Source of the DNA: Dehalococcoidia bacterium
Lineage (GTDB): Bacteria > Chloroflexota > Dehalococcoidia > Lucifugimonadales > UBA1127
Length of the DNA stretch: 64,000 nucleotides
Direction of reading: 5' to 3'
Assembly (NCBI GenBank): GCA_965249605.1
Contig: OZ252245.1
Location: 830,250-894,249 of the forward strand
The position numbers and the translations under genes were made by a program. Shown in pieces: positions 8,910-17,047 of the stretch. Under the pieces are notes generated by a model. That model was not told where the DNA came from and made no database searches. It saw nothing but the letters and a program-made list of their open reading frames with translations. How positions within the stretch are numbered: position 1 is the stretch's first letter; the number at the start of each line of letters is the position of its first letter.

Positions 8910-9147
8910 AGCTCGGGTATTCAGTTCTTTGGGTAGGATTAAGACAAACGTACCGTTAGAGTCCAATCTCGCAATATAAGCCAATTGAATGGTGTGAGCA
9001 GCAAGCACTGTTCTTTACCTGCAATCCTGCCCCGTCAACTAAAAGTTATGCTATAACAGAAGTGCCGCGATTTCGCGCCCTGCTGTCGTGCGGCTCAGGG
9101 GCGGCGCGGACGTTATCGTGAACAATCGCAAAGGAGTGAGGGACAAC

Positions 9148-10299
9148 ATGGCAACACAGTTTCGAGCGGACCACGTGGGCAGCTTCCTCCGGCCTGCCGA
9201 AGTGAAGGAGGCCCGCCAGGCGTTCGTTGCGGGGCAGATCTCCGAGGACGCGCTGCGGCTGGTGGAGGATGAGCACATCCTGCGCGTGATCGAGCTGCAG
9301 AAGCAGTCGGGCATTGGCATCTACACGGACGGCGAGATTCGCCGCAGTGGCTGGGCCGGCGGTTTCGGCGAGTCCGTGGAGGGCTACGTCGAGGGCACTC
9401 CCGCCGTCAGCATGCCCTTCCAGGGCGGACGCAGCGACTGGGTTGGCGCCGGAATCACCCCGGACAACCCCATCGGCGTTCCCGGGGGTGGCGCCGGTGG
9501 CCGTGTCATCGGCGGCAAGCTGACACAGACGCGGCGGCTGACGGGGCACGAGTCGGCCTTCATCAAGCAGCACGCACCGGGGCCCTACAAGGTGACGATG
9601 CCCGCGGCCAGCTACGTCACGGCGCGCGGCTTCAAACCGGGCGTCACCGACCAGGTCTACAAGTCGCGGGTGGCCGTGCTGGCCGACGCGGCCGCCATCA
9701 TCCGCGGCGAAGTCGTGACCCTCATTGAGGAGGGGTGCCCGTACGTGCAGATCGACAACCCCCACTACCCGGACTACATCCCTGACGACCGGCGTGCCCA
9801 GTGGACAGCCCTCGGTATCGACCAGGACCAGGCGCTGAGCGACGACATCGAGGCGGACAACGCCAGCGTTCGCGGCGTCGACCGGAGCAACACCATCGTG
9901 GCGATGCATCTGTGCCGTGGCAACGGGGCCTTCGGCGCCTTCCACACGTCGGGCGGGTACGACCGCATCGCCGAGCAGCTCTTCAGCCGCCTCGAGGTGG
10001 ACGCGTGGTTGCTGGAGTACGACAGCGAGCGCGCGGGCGGCTTTGAGCCGCTGCGGTTCATGCCCAAGGGGGTGACGGTGGTGCTGGGGCTGGTGACGAC
10101 CAAGGCCGGCGAGATGGAATCACAGGACCTGCTGCTGAGCCGGATTGAAGAGGCGGCCAAGTACGCGGACATGGACGACCTCGCGCTGAGCCCGCAATGC
10201 GGGTTCTCCTCGACGCTGCAGGGGAACCCGCTGCAGTGGGACGACCAGCTGCGGAAGCTGGAGCTCGTGGTGGAGACAGCCCGCCGCGCCTGGGGCTAG
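9148..10299 (+). CDS. MetE C-terminal-domain-like Zn enzyme (paralog 2 of 5; distinct YxjG/YxjH-like subtype)
   Basis: Start moved to ATG 9148 (MATQFRADHVGSFLRP), with AAGGAG at 9131-9136. Contains the H-x-C motif AMHLCRGN and the distal SPQCGFSS motif. Confidence 0.85.
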   Translation: MATQFRADHVGSFLRPAEVKEARQAFVAGQISEDALRLVEDEHILRVIELQKQSGIGIYTDGEIRRSGWAGGFGESVEGYVEGTPAVSMPFQGGRSDWVGAGITPDNPIGVPGGGAGGRVIGGKLTQTRRLTGHESAFIKQHAPGPYKVTMPAASYVTARGFKPGVTDQVYKSRVAVLADAAAIIRGEVVTLIEEGCPYVQIDNPHYPDYIPDDRRAQWTALGIDQDQALSDDIEADNASVRGVDRSNTIVAMHLCRGNGAFGAFHTSGGYDRIAEQLFSRLEVDAWLLEYDSERAGGFEPLRFMPKGVTVVLGLVTTKAGEMESQDLLLSRIEEAAKYADMDDLALSPQCGFSSTLQGNPLQWDDQLRKLELVVETARRAWG

Positions 10300-10335
10300 T
10301 TCCAGACTCGGCTTACTGAGAAGCTACTACAGAGT

Positions 10336-10372
10336 GCCCCGTTCACCCTTTAAGGGCGAACGGGGCGCTTTG
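10336..10372. terminator. Stem-loop between convergent genes (possible bidirectional terminator)
   Basis: gccccgttcaccc (10336-10348) pairs with gggcgaacggggc (10354-10366) with one mismatch, followed by gctttgtg. Confidence 0.55.
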
Positions 10373-10403
10373 TGCCTAACACTGTCAAGCCTACAAGCAT
10401 GCG

Positions 10404-10429
10404 CCCTTCGACAAGCTCAGGGCGAACGG
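10404..10429 (+). repeat. REP-like intergenic repeat, CCCTTCGACARGCTCAGGGCGAACGG family
   Basis: cccttcgacaagctcagggcgaacgg is a near-identical copy of the elements at 46143-46168 and 46185-46210. Confidence 0.7.
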
Positions 10430-10442
10430 GGTGGCGGCGCGC

Positions 10443-11321
10443 CTACACCTGGTCGGCGGGGCTGGTGAAACCGACGCCTGAGCCGGAGTCGCGCGCATCC
10501 CAGCGGCCCGCTTCTACTGCGGTCAGGAAGTCGGCGACGGCGCGGTTGAACAGGTCGGGCTCCTCTACGTTGCAGGCGTGGCCCGTCTGGGGCAGCACCA
10601 CGATGCCGCTGCGGGGGATGCGGCGCTTCATGTAGATGGCGGGCTCCAGGCACGGGTCGTCCTCGTCGCCGAGGATGATGAGTGTGGGCACCTGCATCGC
10701 GCGAAGCTCCTCGTCGAGCGTCATGATGGAGCGACGCCGCGCCTGGTAACCGCGCAGCGTCAGCGCCTTGCCCTGCGCTGAGTGGTCCGCAAAGAGGTCC
10801 GCGAACTCTTGCCAGCCAAGCGGGTCCTTTTGCAGAAAGCGGATGCGCGTTGGCCCGCGCAGGTAACCCCCCATTGCGGCGGTGCCACCCGACTCCAGCG
10901 TTGCAGCGTAACCGATGGACTGCCGGTTGAACGTCTCGGGGTCCGTGCTGCCCGTGCCTGCGCCCGCTACGATGATCGACTTCGCGACCTCGGGGTGGGT
11001 GAGGCCGAACCAGAGGGCCATGTTGCCGCCCATGGAAAGCCCGGCGACGTGCGCCTGCTCGATGCCGAGATACTGCAAGAGCTGGTATAGGTCCTCCACC
11101 ACCTGCTCCTGCGAGTAGTCTTCCATGCTCTGCGGCACGTCCGACGGCGGGTAGCCGCGGGCGTTGTAGGTGATGACGCGGTACCGGCGCGAGAAGTAGC
11201 TCACCTGGGCGCGCCAGCTCTCGTAGCTGCCCGCAAGCTCGTGGGCGAAGACTAGGGGGAAGCCCTGGCCCGTTTCCTCGTAGTAGAGGCTGACGCCGTT
11301 TTGCAGTTGTGCCATCGGCAT
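10443..11321 (-). CDS. Alpha/beta-fold hydrolase
   Basis: Start chosen at ATG 11321 (MPMAQLQNGVSLYYEETGQG), GGAG upstream. Has the HELAG oxyanion region and the nucleophile elbow GLSMGG. The longer track ORF would overlap the divergent MFS gene. Confidence 0.85.
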   Translation of the reverse strand: MPMAQLQNGVSLYYEETGQGFPLVFAHELAGSYESWRAQVSYFSRRYRVITYNARGYPPSDVPQSMEDYSQEQVVEDLYQLLQYLGIEQAHVAGLSMGGNMALWFGLTHPEVAKSIIVAGAGTGSTDPETFNRQSIGYAATLESGGTAAMGGYLRGPTRIRFLQKDPLGWQEFADLFADHSAQGKALTLRGYQARRRSIMTLDEELRAMQVPTLIILGDEDDPCLEPAIYMKRRIPRSGIVVLPQTGHACNVEEPDLFNRAVADFLTAVEAGRWDARDSGSGVGFTSPADQV

Positions 11322-11500
11322 GGCAATGCTCCAGTCTCGCGCCCATGGGATGCGCGGTGTAATGGTCTCGTGGGCAGGGGCAACGTAGCCGCCGTATGGG
11401 ACGGTGTCAAGGCAGGGCGCGCCGCCTCCGTCGCCGTCCCCGCGCTGCATGACGCGTCGGCCCGTGTGGGGTATGCTATCCCCAGCTGCACGAGGAGCGC

Positions 11501-12898
11501 TTGTTGTCCACACCAGTAGCCGAAACAACCCCTCGGTTCTTTTATGGATGGGTTATCGTCTTTGTGGCGGCGGTCAAGGGCGCGTTCAACGTCGGCAGCG
11601 CGGTCTTCGCCACCAGCGTATTCCTGGTCCCCATGCAGGACGACCTCGGTTGGAGCCGCACCCTCATATTCGGCGCGCTGTCGGTGCGGACGCTCGCCGG
11701 CGGGATGCTCAGTCCCATCGTGGGCCCGTGGGGAGACCACCCGTGGGCGCCGCGGGTCGCGCTGCCCATCGGCTCCGTGCTCTTCGGCCTTTCCTTCATG
11801 CTCGTCAAGTGGGCGGACACGCCGCTTGAATACTACTTGACCTACGGTGTCCTCGGCGCGTTGGGGCTGGCCCTGACCAGCAACCCCATCCTCGAAGGCG
11901 TCGTGCTCAAGTGGTTCATCCGGCGAAGGGCGCAGGCCATCATGTGGATGCAGGTGGGCCCTCCCACCGGACCGATGATCTTCCCGCTTATACTCACGTT
12001 TCTTATCGCCGCTGTCGGGTGGCGCGATGCCTGGATGTGGTTGGGCATCGCTGCGACGGCAGTCTTCCTGCCCCTCTCGCTGTTGGTGCGGACGTCGCCC
12101 GAGTCTATGGGCCTTCTCCCGGACGGCGACCGCCCCGGCGCGGCGCCCCCGCCCTCGACCTCCGGCGGCCGACGCGGCGTCCCGGGCAACGAGCGCAGCT
12201 TCACTCGTGGTGAGGCGATCCGCAGCAAGTCGTTCTGGATGCTGTGCCTCGCGTTGGCGTTGAGCATCGTCGGGCTGCCGGGGTTCCAGGCCCACTGGGT
12301 GCCCTACCTGGTCGACATCGACTTCAGCCGTGAGGTGGCTGCCACCGCGCTTGTGGTCTTCGGCATCTTCTCTGTCGCGGCGCGCTTTGTCTGGGGCTAC
12401 CTCACAGCGCGGCATGACATCCGCAACCTCATGGTTCTCCAGGCATTGCTGGCCGTATTGGGGGTGCTCTTCCTGTTGAACGTGCAGAACACTGTGATGA
12501 TGTACGCTTGGGCGGTCTACCACGGTCTCACTCTGGCCGTCTTCTTCCAACTGCAGGCGCTCCTTGTGGTCACCTACTTCGGCAGGGGCCACATTGGGGC
12601 CATTCGAGGCGTCATGTTTCCCTTCATCACGCTGGGCTCCGCCATGGGTCCCATCCTGCTGGGCGCGCTGTACGACTGGCAGGGGTCCTACTTGGTGCCC
12701 TTCTCTCTGGTCATCGTCATGTGGTTGCTGGCCGCGTTGGTCGTATTCATGACCCGGCCGCCACGTCCGATAGAGGAGCCTGCGACGGAGGCTGAAGCAG
12801 CGCCTGCTCCAGAAGCTCAGGCAGCGCCCTTACCCGTGGCCGGGACTGCGCCTGCGTCGGAAACACAGGTGGCGCCCAAGCCGGAGGCGGCCGCGTGA
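11501..12898 (+). CDS. MFS transporter (FFYGWVIV family; related to 36696 and 38115) with an Ala/Pro/Glu-rich C-terminal tail
   Basis: 465 aa, TTG start with GAGGAG at 11492-11497. Multiple TM segments. The N-terminus PRFFYGWVIVFVAA...VPMQDDLGWS is shared with the two tandem MFS genes. The tail is EEPATEAEAAPAPEAQAAPLPVAGTAP. Confidence 0.85.
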   Translation: MLSTPVAETTPRFFYGWVIVFVAAVKGAFNVGSAVFATSVFLVPMQDDLGWSRTLIFGALSVRTLAGGMLSPIVGPWGDHPWAPRVALPIGSVLFGLSFMLVKWADTPLEYYLTYGVLGALGLALTSNPILEGVVLKWFIRRRAQAIMWMQVGPPTGPMIFPLILTFLIAAVGWRDAWMWLGIAATAVFLPLSLLVRTSPESMGLLPDGDRPGAAPPPSTSGGRRGVPGNERSFTRGEAIRSKSFWMLCLALALSIVGLPGFQAHWVPYLVDIDFSREVAATALVVFGIFSVAARFVWGYLTARHDIRNLMVLQALLAVLGVLFLLNVQNTVMMYAWAVYHGLTLAVFFQLQALLVVTYFGRGHIGAIRGVMFPFITLGSAMGPILLGALYDWQGSYLVPFSLVIVMWLLAALVVFMTRPPRPIEEPATEAEAAPAPEAQAAPLPVAGTAPASETQVAPKPEAAA

Positions 12899-14031
12899 TC
12901 GCGCCACTCTCACCGACGTACACGCTGGTCACGAAGTACCCACAGTTCCTTGACCTCTGCAATACCCTCGAGCGCTGCGACCGCATCGCCATCGACACCG
13001 AGGCGGACAGCATGCACCACTACCCGGAGCGGGTGTGCCTGGTGCAGGTGGCGACGCCGCAGTCAACGTACCTGCTGGACCCGCTGGCGCTTGTCGATCT
13101 CTCGCCCCTCGGGCCCGTGATGGCGAATCCCCGCGTCGTGAAGCTGCTCCACGGCGCCGACTACGATGTGCGCGGGCTCAACCGCGATTGGGGCTTGACC
13201 TTCACCAACCTATTCGACACGCACATCGCGGCGCGGTTCCTGGGGCTGGAGCGCCTCGGCCTCGCCGCGCTGCTGCAGGACCTGCTGGGCATCGACATCC
13301 CCAAAGACCGCAAGATCCAACGGGCCGATTGGTCCAAGCGTCCGCTGAACGACCGGGCGCTGGAGTACGCCGCAGCCGATGTCTGTTACCTCTTTGATCT
13401 GCACGACATCCTGGCCGAGCGGCTTCAGGAACAGGGGCGGAGGGAGTGGGTCCGGGAGGAATGCGAGCGGCTTTGCGAAGTTCGGTACACCCCGCAGGAC
13501 CTGCGCGCCTCCGTGCTCGCGTTGCCGGAGTCACGCAAGATGGACAGCCGACAGCGGGCAGTGCTGCTGGCGCTCTACCGGTTCCGAGAGGGACAGGCGC
13601 GGCGGCTTGACCGCCCGCCGTCGCATGTGCTTCCTCCTGAGGCGCTGGCCGCCGTGGCCACGGATCCAGCGGCGTCGTTGGAGTCGCACCCGACGCTCAA
13701 TGCCAAGCTTGCGAGTCGCTTCGGAAGGGATATTCGAGCGGTGGTGAAAGAGGGGCTGAGCGGTCCGTCCCTCGAACGCCCCGCGCCCACGATGCCACCG
13801 CGGGGCAGGCCAACTCAGGCGCAGACCCGGAAGCTGGCCGCGTTGAAGACGTGGCGCAATGTAGAGGCCCAGACGCTGGGCGTACACGTGTCACTGGTAT
13901 GGCCCATGCGCAGCCTGGAGAGGCTGGCCCGCGAGCCGCAGTCGTTCTCGGAGGAGCTGCAATCGCCGGAGGTGCGAGAGTGGCAACGCGAGCGCTTCCA
14001 GGCGTCGCTCAAGCGGGCCGCAGGTGCCTAG
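12895..14031 (+). CDS. rnd: Ribonuclease D (DEDD 3'-5' exonuclease plus HRDC domain)
   Basis: Has the IAIDTEADSMHHYPERVCLVQVAT exo motif, HGADYDVRGL and YAAADVCYL. The GTG start overlaps the MFS stop (GTGA). Confidence 0.85.
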   Translation: MIAPLSPTYTLVTKYPQFLDLCNTLERCDRIAIDTEADSMHHYPERVCLVQVATPQSTYLLDPLALVDLSPLGPVMANPRVVKLLHGADYDVRGLNRDWGLTFTNLFDTHIAARFLGLERLGLAALLQDLLGIDIPKDRKIQRADWSKRPLNDRALEYAAADVCYLFDLHDILAERLQEQGRREWVREECERLCEVRYTPQDLRASVLALPESRKMDSRQRAVLLALYRFREGQARRLDRPPSHVLPPEALAAVATDPAASLESHPTLNAKLASRFGRDIRAVVKEGLSGPSLERPAPTMPPRGRPTQAQTRKLAALKTWRNVEAQTLGVHVSLVWPMRSLERLAREPQSFSEELQSPEVREWQRERFQASLKRAAGA

Positions 14032-14972
14032 AGGCTTGCGGCCTTCGGGGCCAACTCTTCGCCCAGGTACGCGATGAACTCATCGTCCGAGAAGTTCATG
14101 TGCTGGAACATGACCTCGCCCACGCCGAGCTCCGCCAGTTGACCCAGCCGGTCGATCGCCTCCTCCGTGCCTCCCACGATCATGCCCCGCTCTCGAGCGG
14201 CGGACATAATGTCGTCGATTGACGTAGAGCGGACGTTCCGCATGAAGCCGCGGTAGCCTTCTGCGGCCGCCTCCGGGTTTGGCCCGACGACGCCGAAGGT
14301 CATCATGGAGCGCTTGAGCGTCGACGGATCGCGCTTCAAGGCATCGCAATGGCCCTGCAGCACCTCGACCTTGTGAGTGTAGGCCTCCGGGGACATGCTC
14401 AGGCAGTTCCACTCGTTGGCGTACTGGGCGGCAAAGCGCATGGTGCGCCGCTCGCCGCCGCCACCGATGAGCAGCGTCGGACGGCCCTCCGGCGGCTTGG
14501 GCAGGCAGTCGGCGTCCTTGAGGGTGTAGAAGCGGCCCTCGTAGCTGGCGGGGCCAGGGCCCCACAGCCCGCGCATCACGTGGATGGCCTCCTCGAGCCG
14601 GCTGAGGCGCTCGCCGACGGGCGGGAAGGGCACGCCGTACGCCACGTGTTCCGACTCGTTCCACCCGCCGCCGAGGCCCATGACAAAGCGGCCGTTGCTG
14701 AGCTGGTCGAGCTGCGCGGCCATGCGGCCAACGTTCACGGGCGGGCGGAAGGTCACGGGCGTCACCAGCGGCCCGAAGCGGATGCGCTCGGTCTGCAGCG
14801 CAGCCATGGTGAAGGAGAGATACGGCTCCAGCGAGTCCTGCTGGGTGCCGATGAAGAAGTGGTCGGACCGGAAGACGCCGGACAGCCCCGCCTCCTCAGA
14901 CCTGCGTAGGATGTTGCTCCACTTGTCCCAGGTGAGGCCGTTTTGTCCTTCCACCATCAGGCTGATGTCCAT
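14028..14972 (-). CDS. LLM-class (luciferase-like) flavin/F420-dependent oxidoreductase
   Basis: 314 aa starting MDISLMVEGQNGLTWDKW...FRSDHF, with GGGWNESEH. AAGGAG lies upstream. Its 3' end overlaps the rnd stop by 4 nt. Confidence 0.85.
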   Translation of the reverse strand: MDISLMVEGQNGLTWDKWSNILRRSEEAGLSGVFRSDHFFIGTQQDSLEPYLSFTMAALQTERIRFGPLVTPVTFRPPVNVGRMAAQLDQLSNGRFVMGLGGGWNESEHVAYGVPFPPVGERLSRLEEAIHVMRGLWGPGPASYEGRFYTLKDADCLPKPPEGRPTLLIGGGGERRTMRFAAQYANEWNCLSMSPEAYTHKVEVLQGHCDALKRDPSTLKRSMMTFGVVGPNPEAAAEGYRGFMRNVRSTSIDDIMSAARERGMIVGGTEEAIDRLGQLAELGVGEVMFQHMNFSDDEFIAYLGEELAPKAASL

Positions 14973-14992
14973 GGGCGCTCCTTGAGTTTATT

Positions 14993-15005
14993 GGGAATTA
15001 TATAC
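14993..15005 (+). mobile_element. Orphan 13-nt copy of the outer end of the IS1595-family inverted repeat
   Basis: gggaattatatac is identical to IR-L positions 1-13 (41144-41156). Similarity is lost after nt 13. Confidence 0.5.
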
Positions 15006-15009
15006 AATC

Positions 15010-15192
15010 CTAGCGGCGTGGGACGGCAGCGCCGGGTTTGAACTCGTCATTCAGCCAGCGGACGAATTGGCGGGCGTGGTGGCAGTAGGTTTGCTTAGTT
15101 GCAAGTTTCAACGGTGCGGCCTCGACCTCAGCGATGTACACCGCAATGGCGGCCTTGACCTCCGTCATGGTCGACGGGGCGACCTTTGGCAT
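15010..15192 (-). CDS. Small hypothetical protein (60 aa)
   Basis: This is the last 60 codons of track ORF 15010-15552. ATG is at 15192 with GGAGGGAGG upstream: MPKVAPSTMTEVKAAIAVYIAEVEAAPLKLATKQTYCHHARQFVRWLNDEFKPGAAVPRR. It faintly resembles an integrase N-terminal SAM-like segment. Confidence 0.4.
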   Translation of the reverse strand: MPKVAPSTMTEVKAAIAVYIAEVEAAPLKLATKQTYCHHARQFVRWLNDEFKPGAAVPRR

Positions 15193-15247
15193 GATTCCTC
15201 CCTCCTTACGCTTCTGCGTGGCTTTGGTGGCCGTCTGGCGCCCCGGG

Positions 15248-15676
15248 TCAGGCCCAGGTATCCGCTTCGCCGAAGGGGTCCAGGACGGAGACGCCGGTGG
15301 GCGCAAAATGGCGGACGTTGCGAGTGACCATGGTGAGGCCGTGCTCAAGGGCAGTGGCGGCAATGAGCAAATCAACGTCCTGATTGCCGAGCGACGCCGA
15401 GAGATGACCCCATCGCCGTGCCGCGGCAGCGTCCACCGGAAGGATGCGGTCCGCAAACCATGCCAGTATCCGCTCAGCCCATAGCGCCAGGTCACGGGCA
15501 AAGTCCGGGTTGAGGGGACGCTGAAGGGCAATCCCCCGTTCCACCTCGGCAATGGTCACTACGCTCAGGAAGATGTCGGAGTCTCTCTGCGCCTCCAGCC
15601 AGGCAGCGGGACCCGGGTTCCGATCCGGGCGGCGCAGGGCCGAGAGCACGTTGGTGTCGAGGAGATACATCACCAC
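15248..15676 (-). CDS. vapC: Type II toxin, PIN-domain ribonuclease VapC/FitB family
   Basis: YLLDTNVLSAL at the N-terminus (PIN acidic residue), with LLIAATALEHGLTMVTRNVRHF near the C-terminus. It overlaps the upstream antitoxin gene by 7 nt. Confidence 0.9.
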   Translation of the reverse strand: MVMYLLDTNVLSALRRPDRNPGPAAWLEAQRDSDIFLSVVTIAEVERGIALQRPLNPDFARDLALWAERILAWFADRILPVDAAAARRWGHLSASLGNQDVDLLIAATALEHGLTMVTRNVRHFAPTGVSVLDPFGEADTWA

Positions 15677-15930
15677 TCGACGTCGCGGAGATTCAGGGAG
15701 GGTCGCTCAAACACCTCGTCCGGCCCGCCTTGGGGGATGGCCAGGAGGTGCTCGACGAAGGTCGGCGCCCTGACCGCCTCAGCACGGCGCAGGAGCAGAT
15801 AGTCGTCCACAGCGAGCACTACGACGGCCGGGGCGCCGCGGCGGGTGACGGTTTGCGGCTCTCCCCGGAGGGCAGCGTCCACCAGGGCGCTGAATCGATT
15901 CTTGGCGTCCTGCAGGGCCCACTGAGCCAT
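15670..15930 (-). CDS. Type II antitoxin, Phd/YefM family
   Basis: 86 aa starting MAQWALQDAKNRFSALVDAALRGEPQTVTRRGAPAVVVL. It is coupled to vapC. Confidence 0.85.
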   Translation of the reverse strand: MAQWALQDAKNRFSALVDAALRGEPQTVTRRGAPAVVVLAVDDYLLLRRAEAVRAPTFVEHLLAIPQGGPDEVFERPSLNLRDVEW

Positions 15931-16056
15931 GATTTCCTTCCTTTCCAGTTGTTCTGGCTAGATTATCGCGCTAGCCAGCAGGCGAGTCAAGGGAAAGAGG
16001 GTTGCCCCTACGCGGGGACCCGTTGAGAGCCTTAGGGTGAGCGTGGAAAGAGAGGG

Positions 16057-16131
16057 TGGAGCCACCGGTCGGAATCGAACCGACGACCTGTTGTTTACGA
16101 AACAACTGCTCTGCCTCTGAGCTACGGTGGC
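16057..16131 (-). tRNA. tRNA-Thr (anticodon CGU)
   Basis: Hand-folded cloverleaf: GCCACCG TA GCTC AGAGGCA GAGC A GTTGT TTCGTAA ACAAC AGGTC GTCGG TTCGATT CCGAC CGGTGGC T CCA. CCA is encoded. Confidence 0.9.
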
Positions 16132-16144
16132 CCGGGGTTGGCGG

Positions 16145-17044
16145 CTAGGAATCGGTGGGCAGGTCGACCTCGTAGTCCTGCATCAGCTTGTCCAGCCAGG
16201 CCGCCGTTGTGGCGTCGGGCGCTACGAGCGGCAGGCGCGGCTCGCCCACGTCGAATCCCGCCTTGTTTACAGCGTACTTCACAGGAATGGGGTTTGCCAG
16301 CACAAAGAGACCTTGGAACAACGGCAGCAGGCGTCGGTGCTCTGCCGCGGCGCGTTCCAGGTCGCCCTCTAGCGTCAAGCCCATCATCGCCTTGATCTGG
16401 TTGCCGACGAGGTGCGACGCGACGCTGATGATGCCGTAGCCGCCCATTGCCATCATGGGATACGTCTGGTCGTCGTTGCCGGACCAGACGAGGAAGCCGG
16501 GTCGCGCATCGCGGATGATGTGCGCGGCCTGCCCCAGGTCGCCGCCGGCCTCCTTGATGCCGACGATGTTGGGGATTTCGCTCAGACGGATGACGGTCTC
16601 CGCCGACATGTTGATGGCGGTGCGGCTGGTCACGTTGTAGAGGATGACCGGAAGGTCTGTGCTCTCCGCGATGGCCTTGAAGTGCCGGTACAGCCCCTCT
16701 TGCGGAGGCTTGTTGTAGTAGGGCACTACGGAGAGGACGGCGTCGGCGCCGACCTTGGTGGCATCCTCGGTGTACTTCACGGCTTCTGCGGTGCTGTTGC
16801 TGCCCGTGCCGGCCACTACGTCGCCGACTCCGTCGAGGGCTTCCTTGATCTCGGCGAAGAGGCGCGTCTGCTCGTCGGGGGTCAGTGTGGGCGACTCGCC
16901 GGTGGTGCCCGCGACGACGACGCCGTCGCTGCCGGACGCGACAAGGGCGAGGGCGAGCTTGCGGGCCTGCGCGTAGTCCACGCGGCCTTCGGAGTCGAAG
17001 GGGGTCACCATCGCGGTCAAGAGTCTGCCGATTTGCGTGGCCAT
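16145..17044 (-). CDS. dapA: 4-hydroxy-tetrahydrodipicolinate synthase
   Basis: TAMVTPFDSEGRVDY...VVAGTTGESPTL and full-length family similarity. Confidence 0.95.
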   Translation of the reverse strand: MATQIGRLLTAMVTPFDSEGRVDYAQARKLALALVASGSDGVVVAGTTGESPTLTPDEQTRLFAEIKEALDGVGDVVAGTGSNSTAEAVKYTEDATKVGADAVLSVVPYYNKPPQEGLYRHFKAIAESTDLPVILYNVTSRTAINMSAETVIRLSEIPNIVGIKEAGGDLGQAAHIIRDARPGFLVWSGNDDQTYPMMAMGGYGIISVASHLVGNQIKAMMGLTLEGDLERAAAEHRRLLPLFQGLFVLANPIPVKYAVNKAGFDVGEPRLPLVAPDATTAAWLDKLMQDYEVDLPTDS

Positions 17045-17047
17045 ACG

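Noticed and set aside
10417-11528. An alternative frame (10417-11346, 309 aa) and a long 5' extension (to 11528) of the alpha/beta hydrolase gene.
   Set aside because: The alternative frame is Arg/Pro/Gly-rich with no motifs. The extension would overlap the divergent MFS gene start and precedes the homologous N-terminus. A GGAG SD supports the start at 11321.
15193-15552. The upstream 120 codons of the 180-aa minus-strand ORF 15010-15552.
   Set aside because: This part overlaps vapC (15248-15676) in another frame. Only the last 60 codons, which follow a strong GGAGGGAGG SD, were retained, and at low confidence.
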